From the NCBI GenBank assembly GCA_000002445.1, contig CP000066.1, positions 224,001 to 288,000 on the forward strand: a DNA stretch of 64,000 nt. The letters are read 5' to 3'. The notes below the pieces were generated by a model. It was not told where the DNA came from and made no database searches. It was given only the letters and a program-made list of their open reading frames with translations. The stretch comes from Trypanosoma brucei. Taxonomy: Eukaryota. The stretch's first letter is position 1, and each line of letters begins with the position of its first letter. This document shows, one piece after another, positions 33,201-42,889 of the stretch. A program made the position numbers and the translations under genes.

Positions 33201-35854
33201 ACGCATTCATTTTCAGCCAGATTCCCGTCGTCAATAGCAACCGCAGTTCCACGCAGCGGGAAGCACTTCCCGTCTTCCCGCACCTTGAGACTAGGGTGTC
33301 CCAACCGGAGTGCAGTCTCCGTGAAACTGGGTCATCACTGAAATGTCATTACCTGGAGCCTCGGCAAAGGAAAATGTGGTTGTCTAAACGACTTTCTTGT
33401 GTGTGGCGTGTGGTGGGGACTGTTGGGCAGCATGCCCGCCCGCGTGCACACCCCAAGTGAGTTCGACAATGCACTGGTGGGTGCCAAAGGGGGTCCGAGG
33501 TCTTGTTGCTTGCGATGCGTCGCCGGAAAAACACAAACCACGGCCGGCTTTTGGTGTGGTCGGGGGTAAGGTTACGTGTCCGCGCCGTCGGTTAGCACCT
33601 TTCACGTTGGCGAGGTCAGTTCGTAGCACTTTGGGTGGTGGCGGACTGTGTGTGGGGACGGGCGCTTTGCTCGTATTGGGGTGTGTCCCCCCTTGCGGTA
33701 TGCTCCCCAATTTAAGCAGACCTTCAAGCAATGCAATGCACTTCGCTCGCTATCTACGCGCTATCGCACCCATATGCCAGTGATCGATCGCTTTAAGGGC
33801 GACATCCGCCCCCCTTTCCGAGCGATGCCTAACCGTTAGCACGTCCCCTGTAATGATTACTACGGGTGAGTTGGGAACCTTACGACAAGTTTGTCTCGAG
33901 ACCTACTTGTTCCACAGCTACTTCGCGATCCGTCACCCTGGCGACGCGGGCGCAAGGGCAAAATGGCGGAGATGCTGAAAGCGTTCACGGGTATTATGAG
34001 GTTGGCGCTTGTGCTACAGCCCGGCCCTGACGCGGCTCGCTATCGCTGCTTGATCTCCCTTCCCTGACAACGCCCTGGGGCGTGCCGCCCTGCGGGGGGT
34101 TTCCGTCAATCCCGTGACTGGATGTGGGGTTTATGTGGTTTCGGAGGGGTCATGGCGCTCTTCCGGCGTGCCCTGGTTCCCCCTGGAGACCCTTCTGCGC
34201 CAACTGTCTTTGGGAACCTGTATTTGGCGTTCTATTCCTTCTTGTCCAAGTTGTGAATGTTGTCTGACCAGCGGCGTTGCGGTTTTCCGCCCGTTCCCCT
34301 CACAGGGCAGTGTGTGTTGGGGTCCCGCCTAGAGGTCAACGGTTTCATGCAGCACAGCGTGCAGGGTCAGTAGTGTTATGCCCGGCTCTCTCCCTTGCCG
34401 GTGCCTGCTACCTTTCGTTGCCTTACTGAATATCTGTGGGAGCCGTGAGGCAGCGGTTTCCCCTGCGTCGCCGCGAAGTGTAGACCCTCTGTTGTGTTTT
34501 ACATTATTGCTGCGCTCTGCGCCGTGGCCACTTCGTCGTTCGATTACTACCGTAAGCCGGTGTGTTCGTGGTGGGTGGTTTGTTGATCACTATACCGGTC
34601 TGCACATATTTGCTGCCAATGCTTCTGTATTGGAGCACCCTCTTTGATAGTTGGGAGTTTATGCACCTGTGCTATGCGTTGCGCAGGAAACTCTCGTCGC
34701 TCGTGTGCTTGCATGGGGAACGCAGCGGAGGGGAACGTGGTTGATGAATTTGCCTTAACTGGACGCTTAGGGATATGGTGTTGCGGGAGATTACTTGGTT
34801 CCGTCCACTGGCGTTGCGTAAAAACTTGGTATAACACTCGTCGCTTCAGGCGTTTGGCCGCTTCCTCGACTCGCCAGGTTTACACCTGACGCAACTTGGG
34901 CAGGAGGTCCTATTTCGGCAATTACGGCGGATTGATGCCGGTTGAGTGACGGCGCACCTTTTAAGCGTACTGAACGGTAATTCGGCGTCTCCTCGTGTAC
35001 CACTGTGTGTAGGAGACGTTGATGTGTTTGAACTTACGATATTAAATATGTTCAGGACCTGTTGGAACGTTAATAAAAAAATTATGCGCCAACTTCACTC
35101 GATTGTACCAAGCGTAGGGTTTCAGAAGCAAATGTATACGTATATATTGCCCGACGGTCGTATGCTGCCACATAACGGCTTGCCCCATATAACCATTTAG
35201 CGGGGGAAGTGGTCTATCGAAAATAAGCAAAGAAAAAAAAACGACACGGTACGAGCGTGATGGAAAGTAAGGGTGCCCTTTGGACTAGATTTTCACGCTA
35301 GATTCTCTATATTGACTGCTCATGCCATGGGTGGTTGTGGGATAACAAACAAACACAAAAAAATGTGACTCCGCTACTAGCTGTTGCGCTGCATTTCATA
35401 CCGCGAGGTATGGGGAATTATCTTCTTTTTCTGAAACCAAGGAAGTGCATGCATGTGTGAGTTGCCACCTCTGCTACATATATGTTTGGGTCCATAGCCA
35501 AAAGAGCGGAAAGGGTGGACTGAATTACGCACGCATAATGGACCAATACAAAATATTTATTCTTTTCCTACCATTGCTTATCACACCTTTTCTGTTAGTA
35601 AGGGTTATTATTGTTTGTGTTTTGATACAAATGGGGTGACATATAAACTCAACATGCTGGGGGTCACAGGCGTGCGAAGGCACTGAGCGAACGGTGAACA
35701 CCCAATCACTAAGTAACCAAATGTGTTATTTCCGCCTTTGTGTGTGCCGTTGTTGAGAGCACTATGTTGTGCTTTAAGGGTACCACTGTATTTTTTCTCC
35801 TTTTCGCGTATGCTCATTTACTGATTTTAATTAGTTGCAGTAAAAGAAATAAGT

Positions 35855-37055
35855 ATGAAGAACAGTGTTGCGCGCACTCAACCAGTGCGCAAGTATGAGA
35901 ACTTTACTTTGGAGAATAACTTACCGTTGGCACTGGGGGCCAATTTTCACGATGACCCAATTTGTCGCGATACAAACAGAACTAGTCACACGTTACTGTT
36001 GCCACGGAATGTAGACTATGCCCCCCATACAGAGTACGTATTTAATGGAGGTGGCTTCAATCGGGAAAATAAGATGAGAACTATTGATGAAGAGTTTGTC
36101 GATGAGGACGAGCCTGTGTTTGATGGTTGGATGACAGTAAACTTTGATAACCCCGATGACGCGAAGGATCACGTTGTGTCCTTTCTTGCGTACTTTGTGG
36201 AAGATATTCCAGAAGGGACTGAGACTAAGATCGTGAGGAAGGTTTGCATTCGTTATTACACACAGGATAATAGCATATCTGTGCAAGAGGCGAAGCAACA
36301 AAACAGTGGTATTGTGCAATCGACCATTCTGTCCCGAAGACAAGTACCGAGAAGAATGGACAACATCAATGATATTGTTATGCTGGAAGACTTCCAAATA
36401 GGTGGAACAATTACGTTATTCAGCAGAGAGTATCATATTCTTGACATGGATGCGAGAAGCCGCCTTTATTATAAGAAGGTACTTGGTCAAACAGTGCCAG
36501 AACCGTTGCCGTGGCCAATTGAGATTGACAAATTCACTACAATGCAAGCTCAACTATCCAAAAGCACTCATCGTCTTGCTACATCTGAAGATATGGACCA
36601 GAAGCGTGCGATTGAACAACAACTGACTGGTATTTACACGAAGCATCCCACGGAAGATATTCTTACAGCTCAAAACTTCCTTCGTCATAACATAAATGAG
36701 CACCTGACATTTTTAGCCCTGTGGGACGATCGCGAAAGTCTTAGTGGCGACCTTCGCTTTGTTGTGATTCGTCTGTATCTAGAGAATAACACTGTGGAGA
36801 TTATTGAGAGAAGACAAGAAAATTCCGGGCGAATGGGCAGTTCGGTGATTTTGGGCCGTCAGCGGGTTGCTCGCCCCGGTGCGGAAGGGAGCAAAATCCG
36901 TTTCCAGGAGCATACGTTTGGTGTTATATTAAAGCGGGACTTTCTTGTGGCAGAAGACATGAAAGTGGGAGAAACATATCATATTCACGGTCGACCCTAT
37001 TTTATATACGATGCCGACGAAGCAACACGCCGTTACATGAAGAACGAACTTGGTA
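35855..37055 (+). CDS. EFHC1/Rib72-like: 5' portion of a Rib72/EFHC1-like flagellar DM10-domain protein, interrupted by IS10. The track ORF 35855-37093 ends in 13 IS10-derived codons.
   Basis: It carries repeated DM10-type modules (e.g. ...VRKVCIRYYTQDNSISVQEAKQQNSGIVQSTILSRRQVP...FQIGGTITLFSREYHILDMDARSRLYY...). The reading frame continues without a stop across the IS10 insertion into 38394-39532 (insert + duplication = 1338 bp = 446 codons). The terminal ...TDESPNDFGKNH* of the track ORF is translated IS10 end sequence. Confidence 0.8.
37047..37055. repeat. Left copy of the 9-bp target-site duplication (AACTTGGTA) flanking IS10
   Basis: AACTTGGTA occurs immediately before the IS10 outside end (37056) and again at 38385-38393 immediately after the inside end. 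9 bp is the IS10/Tn10 duplication length. Confidence 0.9.
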
Positions 37056-37078
37056 CTGATGAATCCCCTAATGATTTT
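37056..37078 (+). repeat. IS10 outside-end terminal inverted repeat
   Basis: CTGATGAATCCCCTAATGATTTT matches 17/23 with the reverse complement of the inside end (CTGAGAGATCCCCTCATAATTTC), the known imperfect IS10 termini. Confidence 0.85.
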
Positions 37079-37101
37079 GGTAAAAATCATTAAGTTAAGG
37101 T

Positions 37102-37170
37102 GGATACACATCTTGTCATATGATCAAATGGTTTCGCGAAAAATCAATAATCAGACAACAAGATGTGCGA
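37102..37170 (-). ncRNA. RNA-OUT: Predicted IS10 antisense RNA-OUT region (pOUT transcript opposing the transposase 5' end)
   Basis: Placed from established IS10 organisation (RNA-OUT covers element bp ~47-115, overlapping the transposase start at bp 108 = 37163). A Dam site GATC at 37122-37125 lies in the pIN promoter region. Not independently verifiable from the sequence. Confidence 0.45.
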
Positions 37171-38371
37171 ACTCGATATTTTACACGACTCTCTTTACCA
37201 ATTCTGCCCCGAATTACACTTAAAACGACTCAACAGCTTAACGTTGGCTTGCCACGCATTACTTGACTGTAAAACTCTCACTCTTACCGAACTTGGCCGT
37301 AACCTGCCAACCAAAGCGAGAACAAAACATAACATCAAACGAATCGACCGATTGTTAGGTAATCGTCACCTCCACAAAGAGCGACTCGCTGTATACCGTT
37401 GGCATGCTAGCTTTATCTGTTCGGGCAATACGATGCCCATTGTACTTGTTGACTGGTCTGATATTCGTGAGCAAAAACGACTTATGGTATTGCGAGCTTC
37501 AGTCGCACTACACGGTCGTTCTGTTACTCTTTATGAGAAAGCGTTCCCGCTTTCAGAGCAATGTTCAAAGAAAGCTCATGACCAATTTCTAGCCGACCTT
37601 GCGAGCATTCTACCGAGTAACACCACACCGCTCATTGTCAGTGATGCTGGCTTTAAAGTGCCATGGTATAAATCCGTTGAGAAGCTGGGTTGGTACTGGT
37701 TAAGTCGAGTAAGAGGAAAAGTACAATATGCAGACCTAGGAGCGGAAAACTGGAAACCTATCAGCAACTTACATGATATGTCATCTAGTCACTCAAAGAC
37801 TTTAGGCTATAAGAGGCTGACTAAAAGCAATCCAATCTCATGCCAAATTCTATTGTATAAATCTCGCTCTAAAGGCCGAAAAAATCAGCGCTCGACACGG
37901 ACTCATTGTCACCACCCGTCACCTAAAATCTACTCAGCGTCGGCAAAGGAGCCATGGGTTCTAGCAACTAACTTACCTGTTGAAATTCGAACACCCAAAC
38001 AACTTGTTAATATCTATTCGAAGCGAATGCAGATTGAAGAAACCTTCCGAGACTTGAAAAGTCCTGCCTACGGACTAGGCCTACGCCATAGCCGAACGAG
38101 CAGCTCAGAGCGTTTTGATATCATGCTGCTAATCGCCCTGATGCTTCAACTAACATGTTGGCTTGCGGGCGTTCATGCTCAGAAACAAGGTTGGGACAAG
38201 CACTTCCAGGCTAACACAGTCAGAAATCGAAACGTACTCTCAACAGTTCGCTTAGGCATGGAAGTTTTGCGGCATTCTGGCTACACAATAACAAGGGAAG
38301 ACTTACTCGTGGCTGCAACCCTACTAGCTCAAAATTTATTCACACATGGTTACGCTTTGGGGAAATTATGA
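37163..38371 (+). CDS. tnp: IS10 transposase (402 aa, intact)
   Basis: MCELDILHDSLYQFCPELHLKRLNSLTLACHALLDCKTLTLTELGRNLPTKARTKHNIKRIDRLLGNRHLHKERLAVYRWHASF... through ...EDLLVAATLLAQNLFTHGYALGKL is recognised as the Tn10/IS10 transposase (DDE, IS4 family). It has an ATG start, a TGA stop and no frameshifts. Confidence 0.97.
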   Translation: MCELDILHDSLYQFCPELHLKRLNSLTLACHALLDCKTLTLTELGRNLPTKARTKHNIKRIDRLLGNRHLHKERLAVYRWHASFICSGNTMPIVLVDWSDIREQKRLMVLRASVALHGRSVTLYEKAFPLSEQCSKKAHDQFLADLASILPSNTTPLIVSDAGFKVPWYKSVEKLGWYWLSRVRGKVQYADLGAENWKPISNLHDMSSSHSKTLGYKRLTKSNPISCQILLYKSRSKGRKNQRSTRTHCHHPSPKIYSASAKEPWVLATNLPVEIRTPKQLVNIYSKRMQIEETFRDLKSPAYGLGLRHSRTSSSERFDIMLLIALMLQLTCWLAGVHAQKQGWDKHFQANTVRNRNVLSTVRLGMEVLRHSGYTITREDLLVAATLLAQNLFTHGYALGKL

Positions 38372-38384
38372 GGGGATCTCTCAG
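38362..38384 (-). repeat. IS10 inside-end terminal inverted repeat (contains Dam site GATC at 38375-38378)
   Basis: GAAATTATGAGGGGATCTCTCAG. The reverse complement CTGAGAGATCCCCTCATAATTTC pairs with the outside end. Confidence 0.85.
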
Positions 38385-38393
38385 AACTTGGTA
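38385..38393. repeat. Right copy of the 9-bp target-site duplication (AACTTGGTA)
   Basis: Identical to 37047-37055. Confidence 0.9.
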
Positions 38394-39532
38394 TTGAACT
38401 CGCACCGTGTGTAGACATAAAGCCTATCCTTGCCTCCGACGAGAAAAAGCCAATAATATTCTTTCCTCCCCCACCAAACGGCTTTGGGAGCGAACGAGAA
38501 AACCGATCAAGTTGGCTAACTTTAAATCCAAGGCCGATGCGCCGTGATGTTGAAAAAATTGAAAAAGAAGAGGGCAGGGTCATGAATTTTTTGGCGGAGT
38601 TGGCCAATCCTTTGGTCCGCGGTGATGAGAAGAGGAGATTTGTTATATCCTTTTTTAGAGAAACTGATGAAATGTCTATTTATGAAAAACCCGAACGGAA
38701 CTCAGGTTACCTTGCCGGGAGGTTTCTTGCAAAAGGTGTTTATCGGAAACCAATGCCAGATGGCTCAACCGTTCCCTACACGGCAGAGGACTTCCAGGTT
38801 GGGAAGGAGATTACAATACTTGAGCGTCCTTTTCGTCTCCTCGATATGAGTGAAGAGACGAAGAGGATACTTACCGTAACGGAGCAACTCCCTTCTGAGC
38901 AGCGGCTGAAGGAGTTACTTCTTTTATTCAAGCAGCAAATTCAGCTAAAATTTACTCGTGGCCACGAAGCCTACTGTACATTGGCTCCTAAGGGAGTATT
39001 GGGCTATCGTCAGGTTCGCGAATTCTTAAGGTCGTGTAGCTGTTCTATAACCGAGGACGAAGCACTCCTCCTCGTACACAACCTCGTTCCTTCTAGTGCC
39101 GGAGTGATTTCATTTAATGAGTTCATGGATTTGGTGAACATAACCTCTTCAGAACATATGGATGAAGCTTCACTGACGGTGCGCTCTGTAAAGAGCGTAA
39201 ACATGACAAAAGACGAATCACTGAAGACAGTAGCTATCAAAACAGAGGACGTGAAACGAAGGAAACAGCTTGCAGTTGAGTTACGCCAAAAGTTGATCCA
39301 AAGGAAGGGTTCCGTACAGGAGCAGTTTCGCCTCATTGGTTGCCACAGCGCATCATCCCGGTTAAATCGAGATGTTTTCCGCCACTCACTGAACGAAGTA
39401 ATGCACTTTAACGTTCCTAAGACGGACGAGGATATGCTTGTGTCACTCCTTTTCGATGGGAGAGCTGACGAAAACGGCGACATAACGTACAAGCAATTCC
39501 AAGAATTCCTTGAGGTTCAGGATGATATCTAG
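38394..39532 (+). CDS. EFHC1/Rib72-like: 3' portion of the Rib72/EFHC1-like DM10 protein (in frame with 35855-37055; the track ORF 38537-39532 is its C-terminal part)
   Basis: Translation from 38394 in the upstream gene's frame is open (IELAPCVDIKPILASDEKKPIIFFPPPPNGFGSERENRSSWLTLNPRPMRRDVEKIEKEEGRVMNF...). It contains a third DM10-like module (LAGRFLAKGVYRKPMPDGSTVPYTAEDFQVGKEITILERPFRLLDMSEETKRIL) and a C-terminal EF-hand-like loop (LFDGRADENGDITYKQFQEFLE). Reconstructed uninterrupted product is 779 aa. Confidence 0.8.
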
Positions 39533-39823
39533 ATTTTATTTTTCAAAAATTCTCCATCGTGGATGTGAACAAATACACGAATGATATTATGTTTTAAATT
39601 TTTATTCATTGATATGTATACTGGTGATGTTAGATTAGCTAGAGAGGAACTGCAACATAGGTAATCGAAACCGATACAGTAGTTTTTGTATTGAATGTTG
39701 GTAGCAGCGGTCGGTTGACTGTTTAATGGCTCAGTTTGTCGCATTTTTGTAATACTTCGTTGGTGCCATAGCTGCCTTATGTTCATTTGTCCTCTCTGCG
39801 TGTTGTTTCTTCAGACTAGTTGT

Positions 39824-41158
39824 ATGAGGAATGCCCCATTGCTCTTGTTTGGAGCGGGTGGAACCCTCGGAGGGGTTAAAAAGATAGCCAATCCTAAGAC
39901 TATTCCGTACCACAGTTGGGTGCTTTCAGAAAAGTCGAGGGTCCTATTAGACTCTATTCACCATCCTCTAGTCACAGAATACTTTCTTCGACTAAACATG
40001 AGGCGTGTGGGGCTTGAACAACAACAAGAGTGCGCTGACTTGGCTTCACTGCACACTAAAGTCGGGGACACTTCTTACAATCACGTGATGTGGAATATTC
40101 AGTACAGAGATGAACTGGACGTGTCGGAGAGGCTATCAGCCCATTTACTGAAGATTAATGACAACATAAAGTTGAAGGACCAACTTCATTCACATGAAAC
40201 TCTGTCAGACGACGATCGGGATATATTACTCATGGTAGAAGAAGATGTCCGGGAGCTCGTTGAGAAGGTTCGTGACATGGATAGTGACGTGAATGCCGTC
40301 ATGACGCGGCGTCTCAATTTGAGTGATGCTCTGGGATCATGTACCAACACATGGTCGCTTGAGGTTGCTGGAAAGGCTGGTGGCGAGGAGGCATCTCTAT
40401 TTGCATCTGAGTTGCTCGAGATGTATAGGGCATACGCAACTGAAATAAGGCATTGGAGCGTTGATGTGGACGGTGGTGAAGGAGATGGCGAGCCCGTTAG
40501 TTCCGGTGGTCCTGCAGTCGGTGGAAATGGAATGAAAATTAAAGTTAAAGGGGAAGGGGTGTACCGCAATCTACGGCATGAGATTGGGGTTCACAAGGTT
40601 CAACGGGTACCCGTTACCGACCAAGATGGAAAGATGCAAACCTCTACAGCTGTGGTTACTCTGATGCCCGTGCTTGACCCAGTTTCTGTTGATGTTCACG
40701 AAAAGGATTGCAACATTGAATTCGTTCGGGGGTCAGGACCAGGGGGTCAGGGAATGCAAAGCAGTTCCAACGCCGTTTGTTTAACGCATAAACCATCTGG
40801 TATATCAGTCAAATGTCACCAGTCCCGGTCGGCTCTTGGAAATAAGGAACTTGCGCTACAGATGGTCGCCCAACAACTGTTGGTACGTCGTGTAAAGGAC
40901 CAAAATTCTTCTCTTCATGAGACGTGGTGCAATCAATGGAGCAGTGGAGAGCGATCAGACAAAATGAGGACGTACAATTACCCACAAAACCGTGTCACTG
41001 ATCATCGCCTCGGGAGGGATTACTCCTTGGGAACGTTTTTAGATGGCGGTGCTGGTCTGGTGGGATTGCACGATGACCTTAACGCAATCGATGATAGGCA
41101 ACAACTTGTACGAGTGCTTTTGCAACATATTGAGAGCGACTTCAACTGTGTTACGTAA
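39824..41158 (+). CDS. Peptide chain release factor, class I RF1-type (probably mitochondrial)
   Basis: GGQ motif (FVRGSGPGGQGMQSSSNAV). PxT-type decoding motif (RVPVTDQDGKMQTSTAVV). Conserved RF1 blocks: EVAGKAGGEEASLFASELLEMYRAYA, GERSDKMRTYNYPQNRVTDHRLG. Start chosen at the ATG (39824) that follows a pyrimidine-rich tract and AG. The track ORF begins at ATG 39779. Confidence 0.8.
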   Translation: MRNAPLLLFGAGGTLGGVKKIANPKTIPYHSWVLSEKSRVLLDSIHHPLVTEYFLRLNMRRVGLEQQQECADLASLHTKVGDTSYNHVMWNIQYRDELDVSERLSAHLLKINDNIKLKDQLHSHETLSDDDRDILLMVEEDVRELVEKVRDMDSDVNAVMTRRLNLSDALGSCTNTWSLEVAGKAGGEEASLFASELLEMYRAYATEIRHWSVDVDGGEGDGEPVSSGGPAVGGNGMKIKVKGEGVYRNLRHEIGVHKVQRVPVTDQDGKMQTSTAVVTLMPVLDPVSVDVHEKDCNIEFVRGSGPGGQGMQSSSNAVCLTHKPSGISVKCHQSRSALGNKELALQMVAQQLLVRRVKDQNSSLHETWCNQWSSGERSDKMRTYNYPQNRVTDHRLGRDYSLGTFLDGGAGLVGLHDDLNAIDDRQQLVRVLLQHIESDFNCVT

Positions 41159-41432
41159 AGGAAAAAAAGTGACAGAGAGAAGACGTGGGTGCCTAGTTCT
41201 ATCAATCGGTACTGCGATCCTTATTCGAGTGAGCAACCCGTGTTACTCTAAACTGATGTACCTTTTTTCACCCTGCTTGGAGGTTAATAGTCCGATATAG
41301 TTATTGCTGGCCTTTTGTGCACTTTCATCTGCACCCTATTGAGTCTACTTGGAAACTATTAATAGCCAACAACCAGCTGAGGGATAACGGGTGACGAGTA
41401 CTGGAACATTACAAGAAGCAACAGTATTTTCG

Positions 41433-42188
41433 ATGGCACAGGAGGGATTGAAAGAGGTAACGGATTCTCCATATTTTCTTAAGAAGTGGCTTGCCTTTAT
41501 CGATTACGCAGCCAATGACCTTTTCGGAGGCCCGCGGCCCCTCAAGGCAGCCCATGTCATCAATCTGCAGAAGGGCGGGACGCTCTTCTTTTGCTTGTGG
41601 TTGATGAAGAAGTCTGGTAACTACTCCGCAACGGCGATAACATATACCGCCCTTCATGGTGGATACGGTCTCTGCTGGTTACTGAAAGAGCTTGTTTTCC
41701 CAGATCCAAAGTGGCAAAAACACATCACGTTTGCAGGGGCTCTCACCATATTTGCCTCTGTTCTGGGACCCTACTGGTATATTGTATACAATGCAATTAT
41801 AAGAAAGGCAGAGCGTTCTGAGGGTGCACTCTGCGCAGCAACTCTTGTATACTTAATTGGACTTGTAATGATGATGTGCAGTGACTGTCAAAAATACTTC
41901 GTGTTGAAGAAAAAGAAGGGTCTTATAACTGATGGTTTTTTCTCTCGTATTCGGCATCCTAATTACCTTGGGGAGATGATGATCTATGGTACGTTTGGCT
42001 TCATCTCGAATCATGTGGGGTCCTTTGGGGTTCTTGCGTGGGTTTGGGTAGGACTGTTTCTCCCTTTCATGATTCAAAAGGAGGCAAGCATGAGTCGCTA
42101 CAGTGAATGGAGGGCGTACAAAAGCCGGACTGGTTTCTTGCTACCAAGTGTTCTTCCTCCGAAGCAGAAAACTACAACGGTAGAATGA
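41433..42188 (+). CDS. Polytopic membrane protein of the ICMT / DUF1295 / steroid-reductase-like methyltransferase superfamily
   Basis: Several predicted TM helices. C-terminal RHPNYLGEMMIYGTFGF is the R-H-P-x-Y-hydrophobic-G-E signature of the isoprenylcysteine carboxyl methyltransferase / phospholipid methyltransferase-like superfamily. First ATG is at 41433; the track start 41391 is GTG. Confidence 0.65.
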   Translation: MAQEGLKEVTDSPYFLKKWLAFIDYAANDLFGGPRPLKAAHVINLQKGGTLFFCLWLMKKSGNYSATAITYTALHGGYGLCWLLKELVFPDPKWQKHITFAGALTIFASVLGPYWYIVYNAIIRKAERSEGALCAATLVYLIGLVMMMCSDCQKYFVLKKKKGLITDGFFSRIRHPNYLGEMMIYGTFGFISNHVGSFGVLAWVWVGLFLPFMIQKEASMSRYSEWRAYKSRTGFLLPSVLPPKQKTTTVE

Positions 42189-42631
42189 TGCAGCGCGAGC
42201 ATTCGAAGTTAGTTCTTTTCTCCCATCAATATTAGTGGGGCTATGGTTCTATCCCATCTTCAGTGTGGTCGGCTGCGTTTTTTTCCTTTTACTTGGCGTG
42301 CTGTAGCTCGCGAAACCATCACTCCATCATTTGCCGGTTTTCACCCCACTTAGTTTAGGGGACGGAAATTGCTTGTGTTTCTTAAATTTCTTGGGCGGTT
42401 ACCTCTCTTCACATCACCAGGCAATGCACGTGTATATTTAACTAAACGCTGTGCTTCACGCGGGGTTACCCCGACTTTAGAAATTGTGGTTATGTTTTTT
42501 CCACCTTCCTTTTGCCCTTCAGGAGTATCAAAGTTAGAGTGTGTTGTGCTGGTGCGACAGTGAAAAGACAAAAATAAAGGGCAATACACATCTCACAAAC
42601 CGAGTTAACCGTGTACCAAAGGACGAGCAAG

Positions 42632-42889
42632 ATGAGCTCACTATTGTCTGCAGCCGACGCGAAAGTTGCGGGGAAGGGTTATCCGCCAGCTGACAATTCC
42701 AAGACGTACACGGAAGTACCCCGGCACCAGGTGCCTGCTAAGGGACCTATCAGGTCTTTTTTGTCACTCGTTAGCACGGAGTTCGCCCTTAACACTATGG
42801 ACACCACAGAGCGAGTTTTTACTGTTTTGCTTTGTGTGGCGTTTATCTCTTTAGTTCTTTGGTTGCTCAACCTTGTCTTTATTTCCTAG
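42632..42889 (+). CDS. Small tail-anchored membrane protein (85 aa), hypothetical
   Basis: First ATG of the GTG-initiated track ORF at 42611. Hydrophilic N-terminus (MSSLLSAADAKVAGKGYPPADNSKTYTEVPRHQVPAKGPIRS). Single C-terminal TM helix (VFTVLLCVAFISLVLWLLNLVFIS) ending at the stop. No family assigned. Confidence 0.35.
   Translation: MSSLLSAADAKVAGKGYPPADNSKTYTEVPRHQVPAKGPIRSFLSLVSTEFALNTMDTTERVFTVLLCVAFISLVLWLLNLVFIS

Larger units (their letters stand above)
37056..38384 (+). mobile_element. IS10: Complete bacterial insertion sequence IS10 (Tn10-type, IS4 family), 1329 bp, inserted into a kinetoplastid gene
   Basis: Outside end CTGATGAATCCCCTAATGATTTTGGTAAAAATCATTAAGTTAAGGTGGATACACATCTTGTCATATGATCAAATGG... 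is at 37056. Inside end ...GGGGAAATTATGAGGGGATCTCTCAG finishes at 38384. Length is 1329 bp with imperfect ~23-bp terminal inverted repeats and an intact 402-aa transposase ORF starting at element bp 108. It is flanked by a perfect 9-bp direct repeat. Confidence 0.97.

Noticed and set aside
33384-33783. Overlapping ORFs on both strands (115 and 128 aa) in the GC-rich core of the large gap
   Set aside because: Pro/Gly/Ala/Arg-rich translations are typical of random ORFs in GC-rich DNA. The two ORFs overlap antisense to each other and have no domain resemblance. The region is retained as a non-coding anomaly.
37056-38384. IS10 as evidence of bacterial-to-trypanosomatid horizontal gene transfer, or of bacterial origin of the whole window
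   Set aside because: Everything outside the element is unmistakably eukaryotic/kinetoplastid: dynein, IFT38, Ran, POLD2, trans-splicing-type CT tracts. The element is intact and undiverged, with a pristine 9-bp duplication, which is the textbook signature of recent transposition from an E. coli cloning host into a library clone.
38537-39532. Track ORF 38537-39532 as an independent 331-aa gene
   Set aside because: It is in frame with, and separated by no stop from, the sequence immediately after the IS10 target duplication (38394). It is the C-terminal part of the interrupted Rib72/EFHC1-like gene.
42632-42889. Calling the 85-aa tail-anchored ORF Sec61 beta
   Set aside because: The conserved Sec61beta juxtamembrane motif (…RFY.eDSPGLKV.P..VL…) is not present. 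Only the topology is similar.
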